Source: an uncultured cyanobacterium
Lineage (GTDB): Bacteria; Cyanobacteriota; Cyanobacteriia; Pseudanabaenales; Pseudanabaenaceae
Length of the DNA stretch: 64,000 nt
Assembly: GCA_963703315.1 (NCBI GenBank)
Contig: OY969811.1
Span: 3,264,001 to 3,328,000 of the forward strand
Direction: 5' to 3'
Below the pieces are notes generated by a model. That model saw only the letters and a list, made by a program, of their open reading frames with translations. It was not told the origin of the DNA and did no database searches. The translations under genes and the position numbers were made by a program. Below, in pieces: positions 31,236 through 41,979 of the stretch; the stretch's first letter is position 1; each line of letters opens with the position of its first letter.

Positions 31236-32038
31236 TACTTAGTATCTAGAAAGGCGCTAACTATGGACAATGCTACCACTGGGGCTGTGATGGCAGACAA
31301 GACCCGATCGCCTAAAGATACTGGTATAAAACCTGCGGCGATCGCCATTGCTTCTTCTCTAGCCGTCCAGCCTCCCTCACAACCAGTAGCAACCATAATT
31401 TGAGCAATATTCTCGGTTATAGGTAGAGCATGATATTCATTGTATAAACTAGTCAACAAATGTGGGGCATCAGGCTGTGTCACACAAATATATTTCAGAA
31501 TTGGCTCACAGTCTTTAGCGATATTACCTAGCCATACCTTCAGGTCTTGTGGTGCATCAATTTCAGGTACATAGTTACGCAGCGAAAGTTCCGAGGCTTC
31601 TTCGGCGATGCGTTGCCAGCGATCGCGTTTTTGATTGCCGATGTCTGTTCCTGACTTAATAATTGTGCGATCGCTAAATAGCGGCACAATTTGGCGTACC
31701 CCTAACTCCGTAGTTTGACGGATCACTGATTCGATATTGCTACCCTTAGGCATCGCGATACCGAGGATAATTTGCGTTGTTAATTCAGAATTATTTTCTA
31801 GTAGAGCAATAATTTCTGCATGATCAAGATCACTAGTTAACTTAGCTAACCACCAGCCACCATTGCGATCGAGGGCGATAAATTCTGCCCCAATTTCCAA
31901 GCGTAATACATTACACAAATAATGTCTTTGCTCAGGAGTTAAGGCGATCGGGCTATTAACTTTTAAAGCTGGCTCGACTTGATGGGGTTGTAAGGTTACC
32001 CTTTGCAGTCGGCGTTTTTGAGGTTGAGGGAGTAACAC
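31235..32038 (-). CDS. rsmE: 16S rRNA m3U1498 methyltransferase
   Basis: HYLCNVLRL, TELGV, EASELS, GCEGGW, SLGDRVL. Confidence 0.9.
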   Translation of the reverse strand: MLLPQPQKRRLQRVTLQPHQVEPALKVNSPIALTPEQRHYLCNVLRLEIGAEFIALDRNGGWWLAKLTSDLDHAEIIALLENNSELTTQIILGIAMPKGSNIESVIRQTTELGVRQIVPLFSDRTIIKSGTDIGNQKRDRWQRIAEEASELSLRNYVPEIDAPQDLKVWLGNIAKDCEPILKYICVTQPDAPHLLTSLYNEYHALPITENIAQIMVATGCEGGWTAREEAMAIAAGFIPVSLGDRVLSAITAPVVALSIVSAFLDTK

Positions 32039-32068
32039 AATAAAAGTCAGAATCGTGGACTAGGCGAA

Positions 32069-32148
32069 CTCCCAGAAAGGGAGAAGGGGCGTAAGAGACT
32101 TGTCTTGTTCCCCTCTCCTTTTTTGGGAGAGGGTCTAGGGGTGAGGGT
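32069..32148. repeat. G-rich palindromic dispersed repeat (CCCCTCTCC...GGGAGAGGG...GGGGTGAGGG type)
   Basis: CTCCCAGAAAGGGAG and CCCTCTCC-TTTTTT-GGGAGAGGG hairpins followed by GGGGTGAGGG. Confidence 0.65.
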
Positions 32149-32175
32149 CTTGGCAATTCTCTTTGAGGTTGATCG

Positions 32176-33330
32176 TTATTTTGGGCTAAATAACCAGCCT
32201 TTTTTCCAAAAGAAAAATAGCAAACCTCCAGAGATCGAAAACATCAGTAACCAGCATAAAGCGTAACCAAAAGGCATTTTTAACTCAGGCATATTTCCCG
32301 CTACGCTTGTATCAAAATTCATGCCATAGACACCAGCTACGAAAGTAAGTGGAATAAACACTGTGGAAATCACTGTCAAAAAACGCATGATTTCGTTAGT
32401 GCTGTTACTTAAGGACGACAGATAAATATCCATCAAGTTCGCGGCAAGTTCGCGATAGGTCTCCACCATATCGATTACCTGTACGGTGTGGTCGTAGCAG
32501 TCACGCAGAAATACACGCACCTCGCGATCGATTAAAGGACTTTCCTCTCGAATCAAGGAATTAATTGCATCCCGTTGCGGCCAGATTGCTCGACGTAGTA
32601 GTAATAATTCCCGCTTAATCTTATGGATTTTATCGAGGGTTTGGCGAGTTGGTTTTTCGACTACTTCATCTTGGAGATCTTCAAGACGTTCGCCATAGTC
32701 CTCTAGTACTGGAAAAAAGCCATCAACGATCGCATCGATCAGGGCATAGGTTAGATAATCGGACTTTTGCGATCGAATTACCCCACGATTGCGATGAATA
32801 CGCTGACGAATTGGCTCAAATACATCAGTTTCAGGTTCCTCTTGTACGGTCAAGACATAGTTTTTCCCCAAGATCAAACTTACCTGCTCATCATAAAACC
32901 CTCTCCCATCTTCACGACTAGTCACCATGTGCAGAATGATTAATTCTTGTTTCTCGAAACTCTCTACTTTGGGGCGTTGAGGAATATTGACGATATCCTC
33001 CAGCACCAGTTCATGGAGGTTAAACACTTTGCCTAGACGTTGCAAGACATCTTCAGAACCTAAGCCTTGCACATCCACCCATGATACAGATTGGCTGTCG
33101 AGGTAAGGAAAACATTCTTCAGGTGTTGCTAGTTGAATCCCCAAAGCTTCATCAGCATTGTAATCAATCAAGAAAATATTGGGAATACTAGCATCTTCAT
33201 CAATGATTAATGTCCCCGGTGGACTACCTGGTTCGGGTTCATTAAAATCATAGAATTCTAACTCTTCGTCATTTTCTTCCGAATCGTCTTCAATTGGACT
33301 AGGCTTAAATCTGGTGGGGTTGTGAAGCAT
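32176..33330 (-). CDS. corA: Magnesium/cobalt transporter CorA
   Basis: GSPPGTL, LEDIVN..QRPKVE, YGMNF signature, two C-terminal TMs. Confidence 0.95.
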   Translation of the reverse strand: MLHNPTRFKPSPIEDDSEENDEELEFYDFNEPEPGSPPGTLIIDEDASIPNIFLIDYNADEALGIQLATPEECFPYLDSQSVSWVDVQGLGSEDVLQRLGKVFNLHELVLEDIVNIPQRPKVESFEKQELIILHMVTSREDGRGFYDEQVSLILGKNYVLTVQEEPETDVFEPIRQRIHRNRGVIRSQKSDYLTYALIDAIVDGFFPVLEDYGERLEDLQDEVVEKPTRQTLDKIHKIKRELLLLRRAIWPQRDAINSLIREESPLIDREVRVFLRDCYDHTVQVIDMVETYRELAANLMDIYLSSLSNSTNEIMRFLTVISTVFIPLTFVAGVYGMNFDTSVAGNMPELKMPFGYALCWLLMFSISGGLLFFFWKKGWLFSPK

Positions 33331-33453
33331 GGTTAAGCGAGTCGTGAAATACACTGACAGTGTGCCACATTGTTAAGGTTTGTACGTCTATAAAAGCTTA
33401 GAATCTTTCATCTGTTCCGTCTCGGCATATTTTTATATTTTGTATTAAAGTCT

Positions 33454-35031
33454 ATGAAATGCAAGGAAGCCTTCAGAGGGCTGCGTAAATTTGATTTGTG
33501 GTCGATCGCTTCGGCTACTTGTGTAAGTACAACTTTGGTGGGAAGTGCGATCGCGGGACCTTTACCCGAAAGGATTTTATGGGGAAATCCGACCTGTGAT
33601 GTTAGTACCTCAGAGATTTTGAAGAAGCATGAATTACGCAAAGCAGCTTTGATCAATGTCAAGGATCAAAAAGCACAGACACAATATCGGGAAATTATCC
33701 AAAAACATAAAAACGCATTACAAGCCTGTCGCGATCGCACTGCCCCACAAACCCAAGCAACTTGGATCAGACTCTATCCCAATGATGTTAAGGCAGGGGT
33801 GCTAGAGGATGTCTTTGATAAAATGGCAAATCGTGGCTATAACCAAGTTTTTGTTGAAGTTTTCTATGATGGGCGAGTGCTGCTACCTGTCGCGGATAAT
33901 CCGACTCCTTGGAAATCAGTAATGGAGGAAGCTGTCAAATCGGGAGAAGTGCCTGCGGATTATGATCTTTGGAAACAGGCGATCGCGATCGGGAGAGAAC
34001 GGGGCATTAAGGTTTATGGCTGGTCATTTGCGATGAACTTTGGCTATGGCTATAGCGAGGTCAAGGGGCGATCGGGAGAACTAGCCTTAAATGGCAAGGG
34101 TGAAAATAGTATTGCCAATACCAATTTTGATCGCCAGCAAGTAGCCAATGGACGTGCCTTTTATGAAGATGCCTATGAGGTCGATCATCTCTTTGTCGAT
34201 CCCTATAGTCGGCTGGCTAAAGATGATCTAACTACCGCAGTTAAGGCACTGATGCAACGCAATCCTGACGGCATGGTATTTGACTATGTGCGCTATCCCA
34301 CTAATGCCACTGGCAATTTAATTGATAATGTCCAACAGCTTTGGATTCATGGCAAATCATCACGTACTGCTCTATTAAATAGCATTGATAATAGAAATGT
34401 TAGAGAACTGATGGCACTCTATCTCAAGAGTGGAACCTTGACGGCGAATGATGTTGTCCAGACCGAAAAGCAACTTGCGGAAATTGCCAAAGTCCAACCG
34501 ACTAATATTAAAAATCCTCGTGAAACAGCAGAAATTGCTGAGGGTTTACTGTGGAATATCGCCATAAATCATGCCTATCAGGGTGTAGTTAATTTCGTTA
34601 CCGCAATTTCGACTCCCCTTAAGGAAAACAACCTTCCCATTGGCACGGTCTTTTTCCCTAATGGTAATCGTACCGAATCAGATAAGTATGAAGCGAGAAT
34701 GCAACCTTGGGATCGTTTCCCTAAATATATGGAACGTCATCCCATGACTTACGCTCTTTGTAGCGATGGAAGTTGCGTAGCAGAGCAAGTTTCGGAAGTA
34801 GTGCGGCAATCGTCACCTGAAACCCTAGTTTGTCCAATTTTAGCGGGAACTTGGGGACAGGGTTTTGACGGACATCCGAGTTTCGAGAAGCAAATGCAAG
34901 CGATCCGTACTAGAGAACCTCAGATTAATTGCTTTAGTCATTTTGTCTATTCATGGATGGAACCTGAAAGCGATCGCCTTCGCAAAGCAGGTAAAGCCAC
35001 AGGTTTAGAAAGCGCCACTTTACCAAATTAG
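33454..35031 (+). CDS. Glycosyl hydrolase-like 10 (GHL10/DUF187-like) protein
   Basis: GYNQVFVEVFYDG, GIKVYGW, DGMVFDYVRYP. Confidence 0.7.
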   Translation: MKCKEAFRGLRKFDLWSIASATCVSTTLVGSAIAGPLPERILWGNPTCDVSTSEILKKHELRKAALINVKDQKAQTQYREIIQKHKNALQACRDRTAPQTQATWIRLYPNDVKAGVLEDVFDKMANRGYNQVFVEVFYDGRVLLPVADNPTPWKSVMEEAVKSGEVPADYDLWKQAIAIGRERGIKVYGWSFAMNFGYGYSEVKGRSGELALNGKGENSIANTNFDRQQVANGRAFYEDAYEVDHLFVDPYSRLAKDDLTTAVKALMQRNPDGMVFDYVRYPTNATGNLIDNVQQLWIHGKSSRTALLNSIDNRNVRELMALYLKSGTLTANDVVQTEKQLAEIAKVQPTNIKNPRETAEIAEGLLWNIAINHAYQGVVNFVTAISTPLKENNLPIGTVFFPNGNRTESDKYEARMQPWDRFPKYMERHPMTYALCSDGSCVAEQVSEVVRQSSPETLVCPILAGTWGQGFDGHPSFEKQMQAIRTREPQINCFSHFVYSWMEPESDRLRKAGKATGLESATLPN

Positions 35032-35085
35032 TAGTAAATCCATGAAAACCTGCAAAGCAGGTTTTCATGGACTTACTCTAATTTT

Positions 35086-35169
35086 AAAATCCCAGAAGGC
35101 GATTTGCGGCGCGGAGCGCCGCAAATCGCCTTCTGGGATTTTGTCCTAAGTAAAACTTTTTTTGCTATA
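35086..35169. mobile_element. Partial TATAGC-ended MITE
   Basis: Hairpin GCGGC-GCGGAGC-GCCGC core and GTCCTAAG...TTTTTTTGCTATA end shared with the 50219 and 52039 copies. Confidence 0.7.
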
Positions 35170-35171
35170 AG

Positions 35172-38100
35172 TCAGAAGGATAGGGTGAAGGTCTTAATTT
35201 CATAGGGTTTAAATGTAATTTGTAATTTGTTAGATGTATTTTCAACTTGTGGAAGAAGATTATGCTTGTGTTCCATGAGGTTACATTCCCAAATCTCCTC
35301 TACTTGTAAGAGACTAAATGAAATCTCAATATTTGTTTCTGTTGATTTACCATGAGCTTCATAAAAACGCATAATCCAGCCTGATTGATCCTGCGATCGC
35401 TTAAATGCTGAAAGAATGATATTTGGTGCAGAAACTTGTAAGAAACTTTGTTGTTTCAATTGAATTGGTGAATGATTTAAGACAATCGGATTATTTAATT
35501 CATGAGCAAGTTGGACAATATTTGCTTTGCGCCAATCACCTTGGTGTGGAACTAACCGATAAGTAAATTCATGGTTACCGCGATCGCTATTTGGACTAGG
35601 CCAATTAGGACTACGCAGCAACGTTAGGCGTAGACAATCAGGCTGTGCATCATAGCCATATTTACTATCATTAAGAATACTTAAACCAACCCCAAAATCT
35701 GATGCTGCCTGCGGCGGCATCAGATTTTCTGGGTTTGGAGAAAATGCAATATCTGCCCAATATTGAGCAGGAACTTCCCATTTTGCTTTGGCTTCAGGCG
35801 TTTCCCCCAAAGTGCTACGCTGAATCGTTCCCATTGGGATTTCGTAAGTGGTATAGGTTGATCGCCAGTTCACAGGAAATGATACTTTGACTAACGTATA
35901 TTCTTCTTGCCAATCAACCCAATTATGTACGGTGACAAACGCTTCAAAGGCAGTTAGTTGAATCTCTTGGATAAATGTTGAATTACGAAATTTCTGGACA
36001 ATGCGTAAGGATACTAATAGACTGTAATTTTCAGTGATTTCAATTGATTCAAGAGTCGTAGATTCCAGCTTTTTACTTTCGTAATTAGGATCAATATTCC
36101 ATGCATCCCAATATTGTCCTTTATCTTCAAAAAATTGCAATTCGCTCGCTGATTGCAGTATCGATTTTTGCGATCGCTTATCAAATACCTGAGAAATTGT
36201 GCCAGATTTAAGATCAATTTCAACTTGAATATAGGCATTATCTAGATAAAACTTCTCACTATCAGCAGTAATACTTAAAGGTTGATCAGTCTCAGTAATT
36301 CCTAAAGACTCAATGTCACTAAATCCAAAACTAGGTATGTTCTCTAACCAACATAATGAACCATCTGGCTTTCTAATTAATTGCGATCGCTGCCAATTGA
36401 GAAAGTTCCATGCTTGTGTATTAGGATTTCCGATCTGGCATTGAGGAAGAATCTGATTACAAATTTCTCTTACTTCAGTCCATGTGCGATCGGCATCAGT
36501 AAAGACTTCAGGAATTGATGTTCCTGGAAGAATGTCATGAAATTGATTGAGCAGTAAGCCTTGCCATGCAGTTTCTAATTGAGCTTGGGGATAGGGGAGA
36601 TTGGAGACTAAAGAGGCGATCGCGCTATATTTCTCAGCATTGCCTATTAATACTTCCACTTGGCGATTTTGACGTTTCTGATCCGCTTTAGTGGTGAATG
36701 TGCCACGATGGAATTCCAAATAGAGTTCATCTTGCCAAACAGGTAAATCTGAAGGTGATTGGGTTTTCAAGGTTACGAGGAAGTTCTCTAAGGCACTAGG
36801 CTGCATCTTAAAAAACAATGGTGATTCTGCCCACTTCCGCCCTAAATCCAGCATATCGGCAGTTGGTCCTCCACCATGATCACCCACACCATAGAGCCAT
36901 GCTGTTTCAGGAATATTATGCTTTTCTTCTTGAGTGGCGAGATATTTAGCGATCGCCACAGGTTCCAATCCTTGACCAATCTCATTACTAAAGTAAGTAA
37001 AAATCTGACTTCCATCTACACCTTCCCACCAAAAGATTTGATGCGGAAACTTATTGGTGTCATTCCATAATAATTTTTGGGTAACAAAAGCTTCAAAACC
37101 ACTTTTTAAAAGGATCTGGGGCATCTGCCAATGAAACCCAAAGGTATCGGGTAACCATGCAATTTTGACTTCTCGATTAAACTTTTCGCGAAAATATTCT
37201 TGACCATAGAGAATTTGTCTAATTAAAGATTCACCACTAGGTAAATTCCCATCAGGCTCTACCCACATCCCACCAATTAGTTCCCATTTGTCAGCCTGAA
37301 CTGCTGCTTGAATACGCGTAAACAATTCTGGATATTCCTGTTCCATCCATTGATAGGAAACCGCTGTACTTTGATTAAAAATTAGTTCTGGATAGCTTTT
37401 TTGTAAATTCAAAGCTGAGTTAAAGGTACGCTGCATCGCATTTTTAGTTTCAGCGATCGCCCATAACCAAGCCACGTCAATATGCGAATTTCCAAGTATA
37501 TAAATCTGTCGTTGTTGGAGAAATTCGCTATATTGCAGCAGTGGTTCACGAATTTCCGCTAGTTTCTCAAAAAAGCGATCGCTTGCTATCTCGCCAGATC
37601 GAGAAAATAAAGAGATTAAATTATTAGTAGCAGTTTCTAAAGGTTGTAAATCAATTTGATGCTTAGTAAAAACTGGAATATAGGTTTGGAGAAGCTCTAA
37701 TTCAGTAGCCAACCTATCAGGGTCACAGGCTTGATGAGGATATTCAAAAACTATTTCTGCAAGCTGTAAAGCACCAATATCATGCTTAGGACTATTGAGC
37801 TTAATTTCTAGAGTAAATTCATAATCAGGTTGTGCATCATCAGTTAATAAAATTCGACATTTCTGATCAAACAAATCACCTTCTTGGACTTTTTGATGAT
37901 TAACCCATATCTCACAAATATCCGCCCACCAAATTAAATTTAAGCGGATAGTTGCACCTAATGTTGGTAATTCTGCATAGGTTTCTGGTACTTGCCAATT
38001 TTGTCTTAAATAAATATTTTCTTCCCGTTGCAAGAAAGATAACATCGGTTTGTTTTGCTTAGAATTTATCGTTGCTAAATTCTCCCAAACACCTTGTTTG

Positions 38101-38192
38101 TTTTGTCTTTGCCAATTACTGAGTATTGATAAATGCGATCGCAATCGTAATTTATTAATAACTTCAGTCAAACTGTCTACTAAATCAATCAT
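35172..38192 (-). CDS. Alpha-mannosidase (GH38)
   Basis: SHIDVAWLW, GGMWVEPD, WLPDTFG, GDHGGG, ELYLEFHRG, NQFHDILPG. Confidence 0.95.
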   Translation of the reverse strand: MIDLVDSLTEVINKLRLRSHLSILSNWQRQNKQGVWENLATINSKQNKPMLSFLQREENIYLRQNWQVPETYAELPTLGATIRLNLIWWADICEIWVNHQKVQEGDLFDQKCRILLTDDAQPDYEFTLEIKLNSPKHDIGALQLAEIVFEYPHQACDPDRLATELELLQTYIPVFTKHQIDLQPLETATNNLISLFSRSGEIASDRFFEKLAEIREPLLQYSEFLQQRQIYILGNSHIDVAWLWAIAETKNAMQRTFNSALNLQKSYPELIFNQSTAVSYQWMEQEYPELFTRIQAAVQADKWELIGGMWVEPDGNLPSGESLIRQILYGQEYFREKFNREVKIAWLPDTFGFHWQMPQILLKSGFEAFVTQKLLWNDTNKFPHQIFWWEGVDGSQIFTYFSNEIGQGLEPVAIAKYLATQEEKHNIPETAWLYGVGDHGGGPTADMLDLGRKWAESPLFFKMQPSALENFLVTLKTQSPSDLPVWQDELYLEFHRGTFTTKADQKRQNRQVEVLIGNAEKYSAIASLVSNLPYPQAQLETAWQGLLLNQFHDILPGTSIPEVFTDADRTWTEVREICNQILPQCQIGNPNTQAWNFLNWQRSQLIRKPDGSLCWLENIPSFGFSDIESLGITETDQPLSITADSEKFYLDNAYIQVEIDLKSGTISQVFDKRSQKSILQSASELQFFEDKGQYWDAWNIDPNYESKKLESTTLESIEITENYSLLVSLRIVQKFRNSTFIQEIQLTAFEAFVTVHNWVDWQEEYTLVKVSFPVNWRSTYTTYEIPMGTIQRSTLGETPEAKAKWEVPAQYWADIAFSPNPENLMPPQAASDFGVGLSILNDSKYGYDAQPDCLRLTLLRSPNWPSPNSDRGNHEFTYRLVPHQGDWRKANIVQLAHELNNPIVLNHSPIQLKQQSFLQVSAPNIILSAFKRSQDQSGWIMRFYEAHGKSTETNIEISFSLLQVEEIWECNLMEHKHNLLPQVENTSNKLQITFKPYEIKTFTLSF

Positions 38193-38255
38193 TTTTATTA
38201 ACTCCTAATAGTTTGAATTTAAGAAGCAAAGGAAGTGCAAAGCATTTCTTTTGCT

Positions 38256-39509
38256 TTACATTAATGTAATACCTTGGGCAGCAATCCAAGCAGTAGTCCA
38301 AGCATTTTGAAAATTAAATCCACCCGTCACACCATCAATATCTAAAATCTCTCCTGCAAAAAACAAACCTGAGCAAATTTTACTTTCCATTGTCTGAAAA
38401 TTCACATCCTGTAAGCGAATCCCGCCACAGGTGACAAACTCCTCTTTAAATACACCTTTACCCGCGATCGCATATTCACTGGCATTTAACACATTCGCAA
38501 TTTGCTGAATTGACTTATTAGAAATATCAGCCCAACGCTTTTCTGGTTCCACTTCGGCTTTATCAAGCAAATATTCCCATAGGCGCAGGGAAATCTCAAA
38601 GGGACAATAGTTAGAAATAAATTTCTTAGATTGATCGGCTTTCGCGGTTAGGAGTATTTGCTTAATTGCTTCCACTTTTAGCGATGGAATCCAGTTAACG
38701 GTTAATTGGGCTTGATATTTACATTCATGGAGTTCTCGCGCCGCCCATGCCGATAACTTCAATACGGCGGGACCACTTAAGCCCCAATGGGTGATTAATA
38801 ATGCACCTGATTGTTCTAATTGATTACGACTAGATTTTTTCTTTTCAGGATTAGCGGAACTAACTAATTTAACAATGGCAGGATCAACGCTTACGCCTGC
38901 AAGTTCATGTAATTTAGAATCTTTGATATTGAAAGTAAACAGAGAAGGAACGGGTGGCTCTAGTTCATGACCTAGCGATCGCGCGATCGCATATCCCGAT
39001 GGGCTGCTACCTGTAGCTAGCAATAGGCGATCGCACAGGATGTTTTCACCATTTTTGAGAATGACATCAAATTTGCTATTTCCTAAATGTTCAATTCTCT
39101 GCACTAACACATTATTGCGAAGCACAACACCAGCTTTTTTGGCAGCAAACATTAATGCTTCCACAATCGTTTCTGAATCATCAGTAACAGGAAACATTCT
39201 GCCATCGGCTTCGGTTTTAAGCTTCACTCCCTCGTTATTAAACCATCGCACTACATCTAAAGGCTGAAAGCGTGAGAAAGCTCCCCGTAACGCTTTACTA
39301 CCTCTAGGATAGTTCTGCACTAATTGCGAAGCTTCAAAACAATGGTGCGTAACATTGCAACGTCCTCCCCCTGAAATGCGTACTTTCGCCAGAGGTTGTC
39401 GTCCTGCCTCTAGCAAAGTTACTCGCGTATGGGGTGCTTGCGCTGCATGGATTGTGCCAAAAAATCCTGCTGCTCCACCACCAATTACTACTACTTCTAT
39501 ATTTGTCAT
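38256..39509 (-). CDS. HI0933/YhiN-family flavoprotein
   Basis: GGGAAG, ISGGGRCNVT, THWGLSGP, GEILDIDGVTGGFNFQ. Confidence 0.93.
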   Translation of the reverse strand: MTNIEVVVIGGGAAGFFGTIHAAQAPHTRVTLLEAGRQPLAKVRISGGGRCNVTHHCFEASQLVQNYPRGSKALRGAFSRFQPLDVVRWFNNEGVKLKTEADGRMFPVTDDSETIVEALMFAAKKAGVVLRNNVLVQRIEHLGNSKFDVILKNGENILCDRLLLATGSSPSGYAIARSLGHELEPPVPSLFTFNIKDSKLHELAGVSVDPAIVKLVSSANPEKKKSSRNQLEQSGALLITHWGLSGPAVLKLSAWAARELHECKYQAQLTVNWIPSLKVEAIKQILLTAKADQSKKFISNYCPFEISLRLWEYLLDKAEVEPEKRWADISNKSIQQIANVLNASEYAIAGKGVFKEEFVTCGGIRLQDVNFQTMESKICSGLFFAGEILDIDGVTGGFNFQNAWTTAWIAAQGITLM

Positions 39510-39527
39510 TAAATTTCTAGATGGGTT

Positions 39528-39628
39528 TAAGAACTTCGGCATAATTAAAACCCAGTTCTAAAACCTGTGGCGCACGCTGCGTGTGCGCCACAGGTTTTAG
39601 GATTTTATATTTAATGCCGAAGTGGTTA
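39528..39628. mobile_element. TAAG-ended MITE copy
   Basis: Imperfect TIRs TAAGAACTTCGGCAT/ATGCCGAAGTGGTTA; central CCTGTGGCGCAC hairpin. Confidence 0.7.
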
Positions 39629-39937
39629 TTGATTAACTTTGGGGCGACAGGCTTGAAAAAGGTTGATTACTTCTTTGGGGACTTGCTTAGTTTCTCTGAC
39701 AGCAGTATCGAGTTTGAGAAACTCAGCAAAGGTATATTGCGATCGCAATTTGTCTAAACTGCAAGTACAAAACTCTTTATTGTTAGTAAATCCACAACCT
39801 TTCATAAAAGTTTTAACTACTTCTTGTGGATACTCATGCTTTTCTTGATTAGCTGGTTTATTCTCTGCTGACCATGCGATAGAGGTTCCACTACTAACCA
39901 ATAGGAATGTACAGAAAGAGAGGAATTGATGGCGCAT
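39626..39937 (-). CDS. Secreted hypothetical protein with Cys motif
   Basis: Signal peptide; YPQEVV..FMKGC...CTC...C. Confidence 0.7.
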   Translation of the reverse strand: MRHQFLSFCTFLLVSSGTSIAWSAENKPANQEKHEYPQEVVKTFMKGCGFTNNKEFCTCSLDKLRSQYTFAEFLKLDTAVRETKQVPKEVINLFQACRPKVNQ

Positions 39938-40022
39938 AAAATTGAGAATCTTAATCTTTGTTATATTAGCAACTAGCTGCAACGTTTCATACCAATTTGG
40001 CAAAAATACCGCCTCAAGCAAT

Positions 40023-40138
40023 ATATAGCAAAGCAAGTTTTGCTTAGGATATAAAGCCAGAAGATGAGTTGCGGCGCGAAGCGCCGCAACTCATCTTCTG
40101 GCTTTTATTTGTACTAGCTAACTCTTGCTTTGCTATAT
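40023..40138. mobile_element. TATAGC-ended MITE
   Basis: 15-bp perfect TIR ATATAGCAAAGCAAG/CTTGCTTTGCTATAT; central GCGAAGC hairpin with long arms. Confidence 0.85.
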
Positions 40139-40229
40139 TTTTAATAATTTCTATCATCAGGATGACTGCATTGATTACGATTTCATGACAACATCTATAG
40201 TAGTCGTCCTGTTTTGCTTGAGCAATTGA

Positions 40230-41324
40230 ATGAAATCTCCTGACCGTTTGTTAATTGTTGATGATGTGCCAGACAATCTGTTTCTTGTTCGCACCATACT
40301 CGAAGAAGAGGGGTATGAGATTTTAACTTCATCCAATGGTCATGATGCTCTCAAAATTGTCGAATCAGAACCGCCAGATTTGGTTTTGTTGGACGTGATG
40401 ATGCCCCAGATGGATGGCTATGAGGTGACCCGCCGTATGAGGGCAATGAAAGATTTGCCATTTATTCCGATTTTGTTGATTACGGCTTACGATCGCGCTA
40501 ATGCAGTTAAAGGGCTAGATCTCGGTGCAGATGAATTTATTCGCAAGCCCATTGAAGCTGATGAACTATTGGCTAGGGTGCGATCGCTACTGCGTTTAAA
40601 ACATAGTATTGCGGAGCGCGATCGCATTGACCGTCAGCGACAGGACTTTGTATCACGACTAACCCATGATTTGCGGACACCGCTAGTTGCCGCTGATCGG
40701 ATGTTAGGACTTTTGCAAGATGGTGTATTAGGAGAGATTTCGCCAGAAATTCGGGAAGCGTTGACGATTATGGGGCGCAGCAATCATAACTTGCTGGAAA
40801 TGGTCAATAAGCTCCTAGATGTTTATCGATACGAATCAGGTAGCAAGACTATTAATTTGCAACCTTTAAATTTAAAAGAACTACTGGAGCAGGTCGTACA
40901 GGAACTGAAACCGATCGCTATTTCTAAAAATCTGGAACTAACGGCTGAGCTTGAGGACACGGGCGCAGTTAAAGGCGATCGCCTAGAGCTATTACGAGTA
41001 TTTAATAATCTGATTGGGAATGCACTCAAATTTACGGATGCGGGTAACATTCATATTAGCTTGACCAAAAGCAAAACCGAGGCAGTCATCGCGATCGCGG
41101 ATACAGGGGCAGGGATTCCATTGGAAGAGCAACCATTCTTGTTCCAAAGATTTCGCCAAGGCAGTCATCAAAAACAAGGTAGTGGTCTAGGATTGTACCT
41201 GTCGCACTATATTATTAGCGCCCATGATGGCAAAATTCTAGTCAAGTCACCAAATAAGTCATCAGATCTCGATTCTAACCAAGGTTCTACTTTCTTTGTG
41301 CATTTGCCTGTCATTACCCCATGA
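40230..41324 (+). CDS. Hybrid receiver-histidine kinase
   Basis: IVDD, LLDVMMP receiver; THDLRTP H-box; NLIGNALKFT, DTGAG, GSGLGL. Confidence 0.95.
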   Translation: MKSPDRLLIVDDVPDNLFLVRTILEEEGYEILTSSNGHDALKIVESEPPDLVLLDVMMPQMDGYEVTRRMRAMKDLPFIPILLITAYDRANAVKGLDLGADEFIRKPIEADELLARVRSLLRLKHSIAERDRIDRQRQDFVSRLTHDLRTPLVAADRMLGLLQDGVLGEISPEIREALTIMGRSNHNLLEMVNKLLDVYRYESGSKTINLQPLNLKELLEQVVQELKPIAISKNLELTAELEDTGAVKGDRLELLRVFNNLIGNALKFTDAGNIHISLTKSKTEAVIAIADTGAGIPLEEQPFLFQRFRQGSHQKQGSGLGLYLSHYIISAHDGKILVKSPNKSSDLDSNQGSTFFVHLPVITP

Positions 41325-41896
41325 GTAATCACCAACTCCAATACGATACCCTTCTCAGCCATTACAGCAGCCCTCTGGAGGCGATCGCTATTTTGCGAGA
41401 ATATCGTCCATATTTTGAGCTAATTCCCAGTCTCCGCCGTCCCAGTGAAAGCTTAATTTCCATTCCATTACCAGTAGTGCAGATTAGTAGCCCTAATTTG
41501 ACGCAAAATCACATTCAATTACAATGTGACCTTGCGATGATTATGTGTGATCCTGACTGGAAAGTAAAAACGGGGCAGGAAATATTTGTATTTATCCATC
41601 GACCTAATGAGGATTATGCGGCACTTTTAAATCGGTGGCGACAAGTAGAAGTTGCCCTTGGGGATGAATACTATTGGCTTTTACCTTGGAAACATCGCAG
41701 CATTATTAGCGATCGCGGTGAATATCATTATCCTCTATTTATCACACTAGACTATTCTCCACCTCGTATTACTAAAGGTTTAGAAGGTGCATCTCTGCCC
41801 CATGTTCAAGCCGCGATGCCAGCGATCGATCTACCACCAGATACTGATGAAAATCAAGAGGAACATATTTATAGCGATCCAAGTAAATTAGAGTAG
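41321..41896 (+). CDS. Conserved cyanobacterial hypothetical protein
   Basis: YRPYFELIPSLRRP, MCDPDWKVKTG; ATGA overlap with the kinase. Confidence 0.75.
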   Translation: MSNHQLQYDTLLSHYSSPLEAIAILREYRPYFELIPSLRRPSESLISIPLPVVQISSPNLTQNHIQLQCDLAMIMCDPDWKVKTGQEIFVFIHRPNEDYAALLNRWRQVEVALGDEYYWLLPWKHRSIISDRGEYHYPLFITLDYSPPRITKGLEGASLPHVQAAMPAIDLPPDTDENQEEHIYSDPSKLE

Positions 41897-41979
41897 ATAG
41901 AAAAATTTGTAGAGCTAATGAGACATATCGCAAACCTAGATTCAAGTGCCAAGATTGCGGACGCGAGTTTGTCGAAATT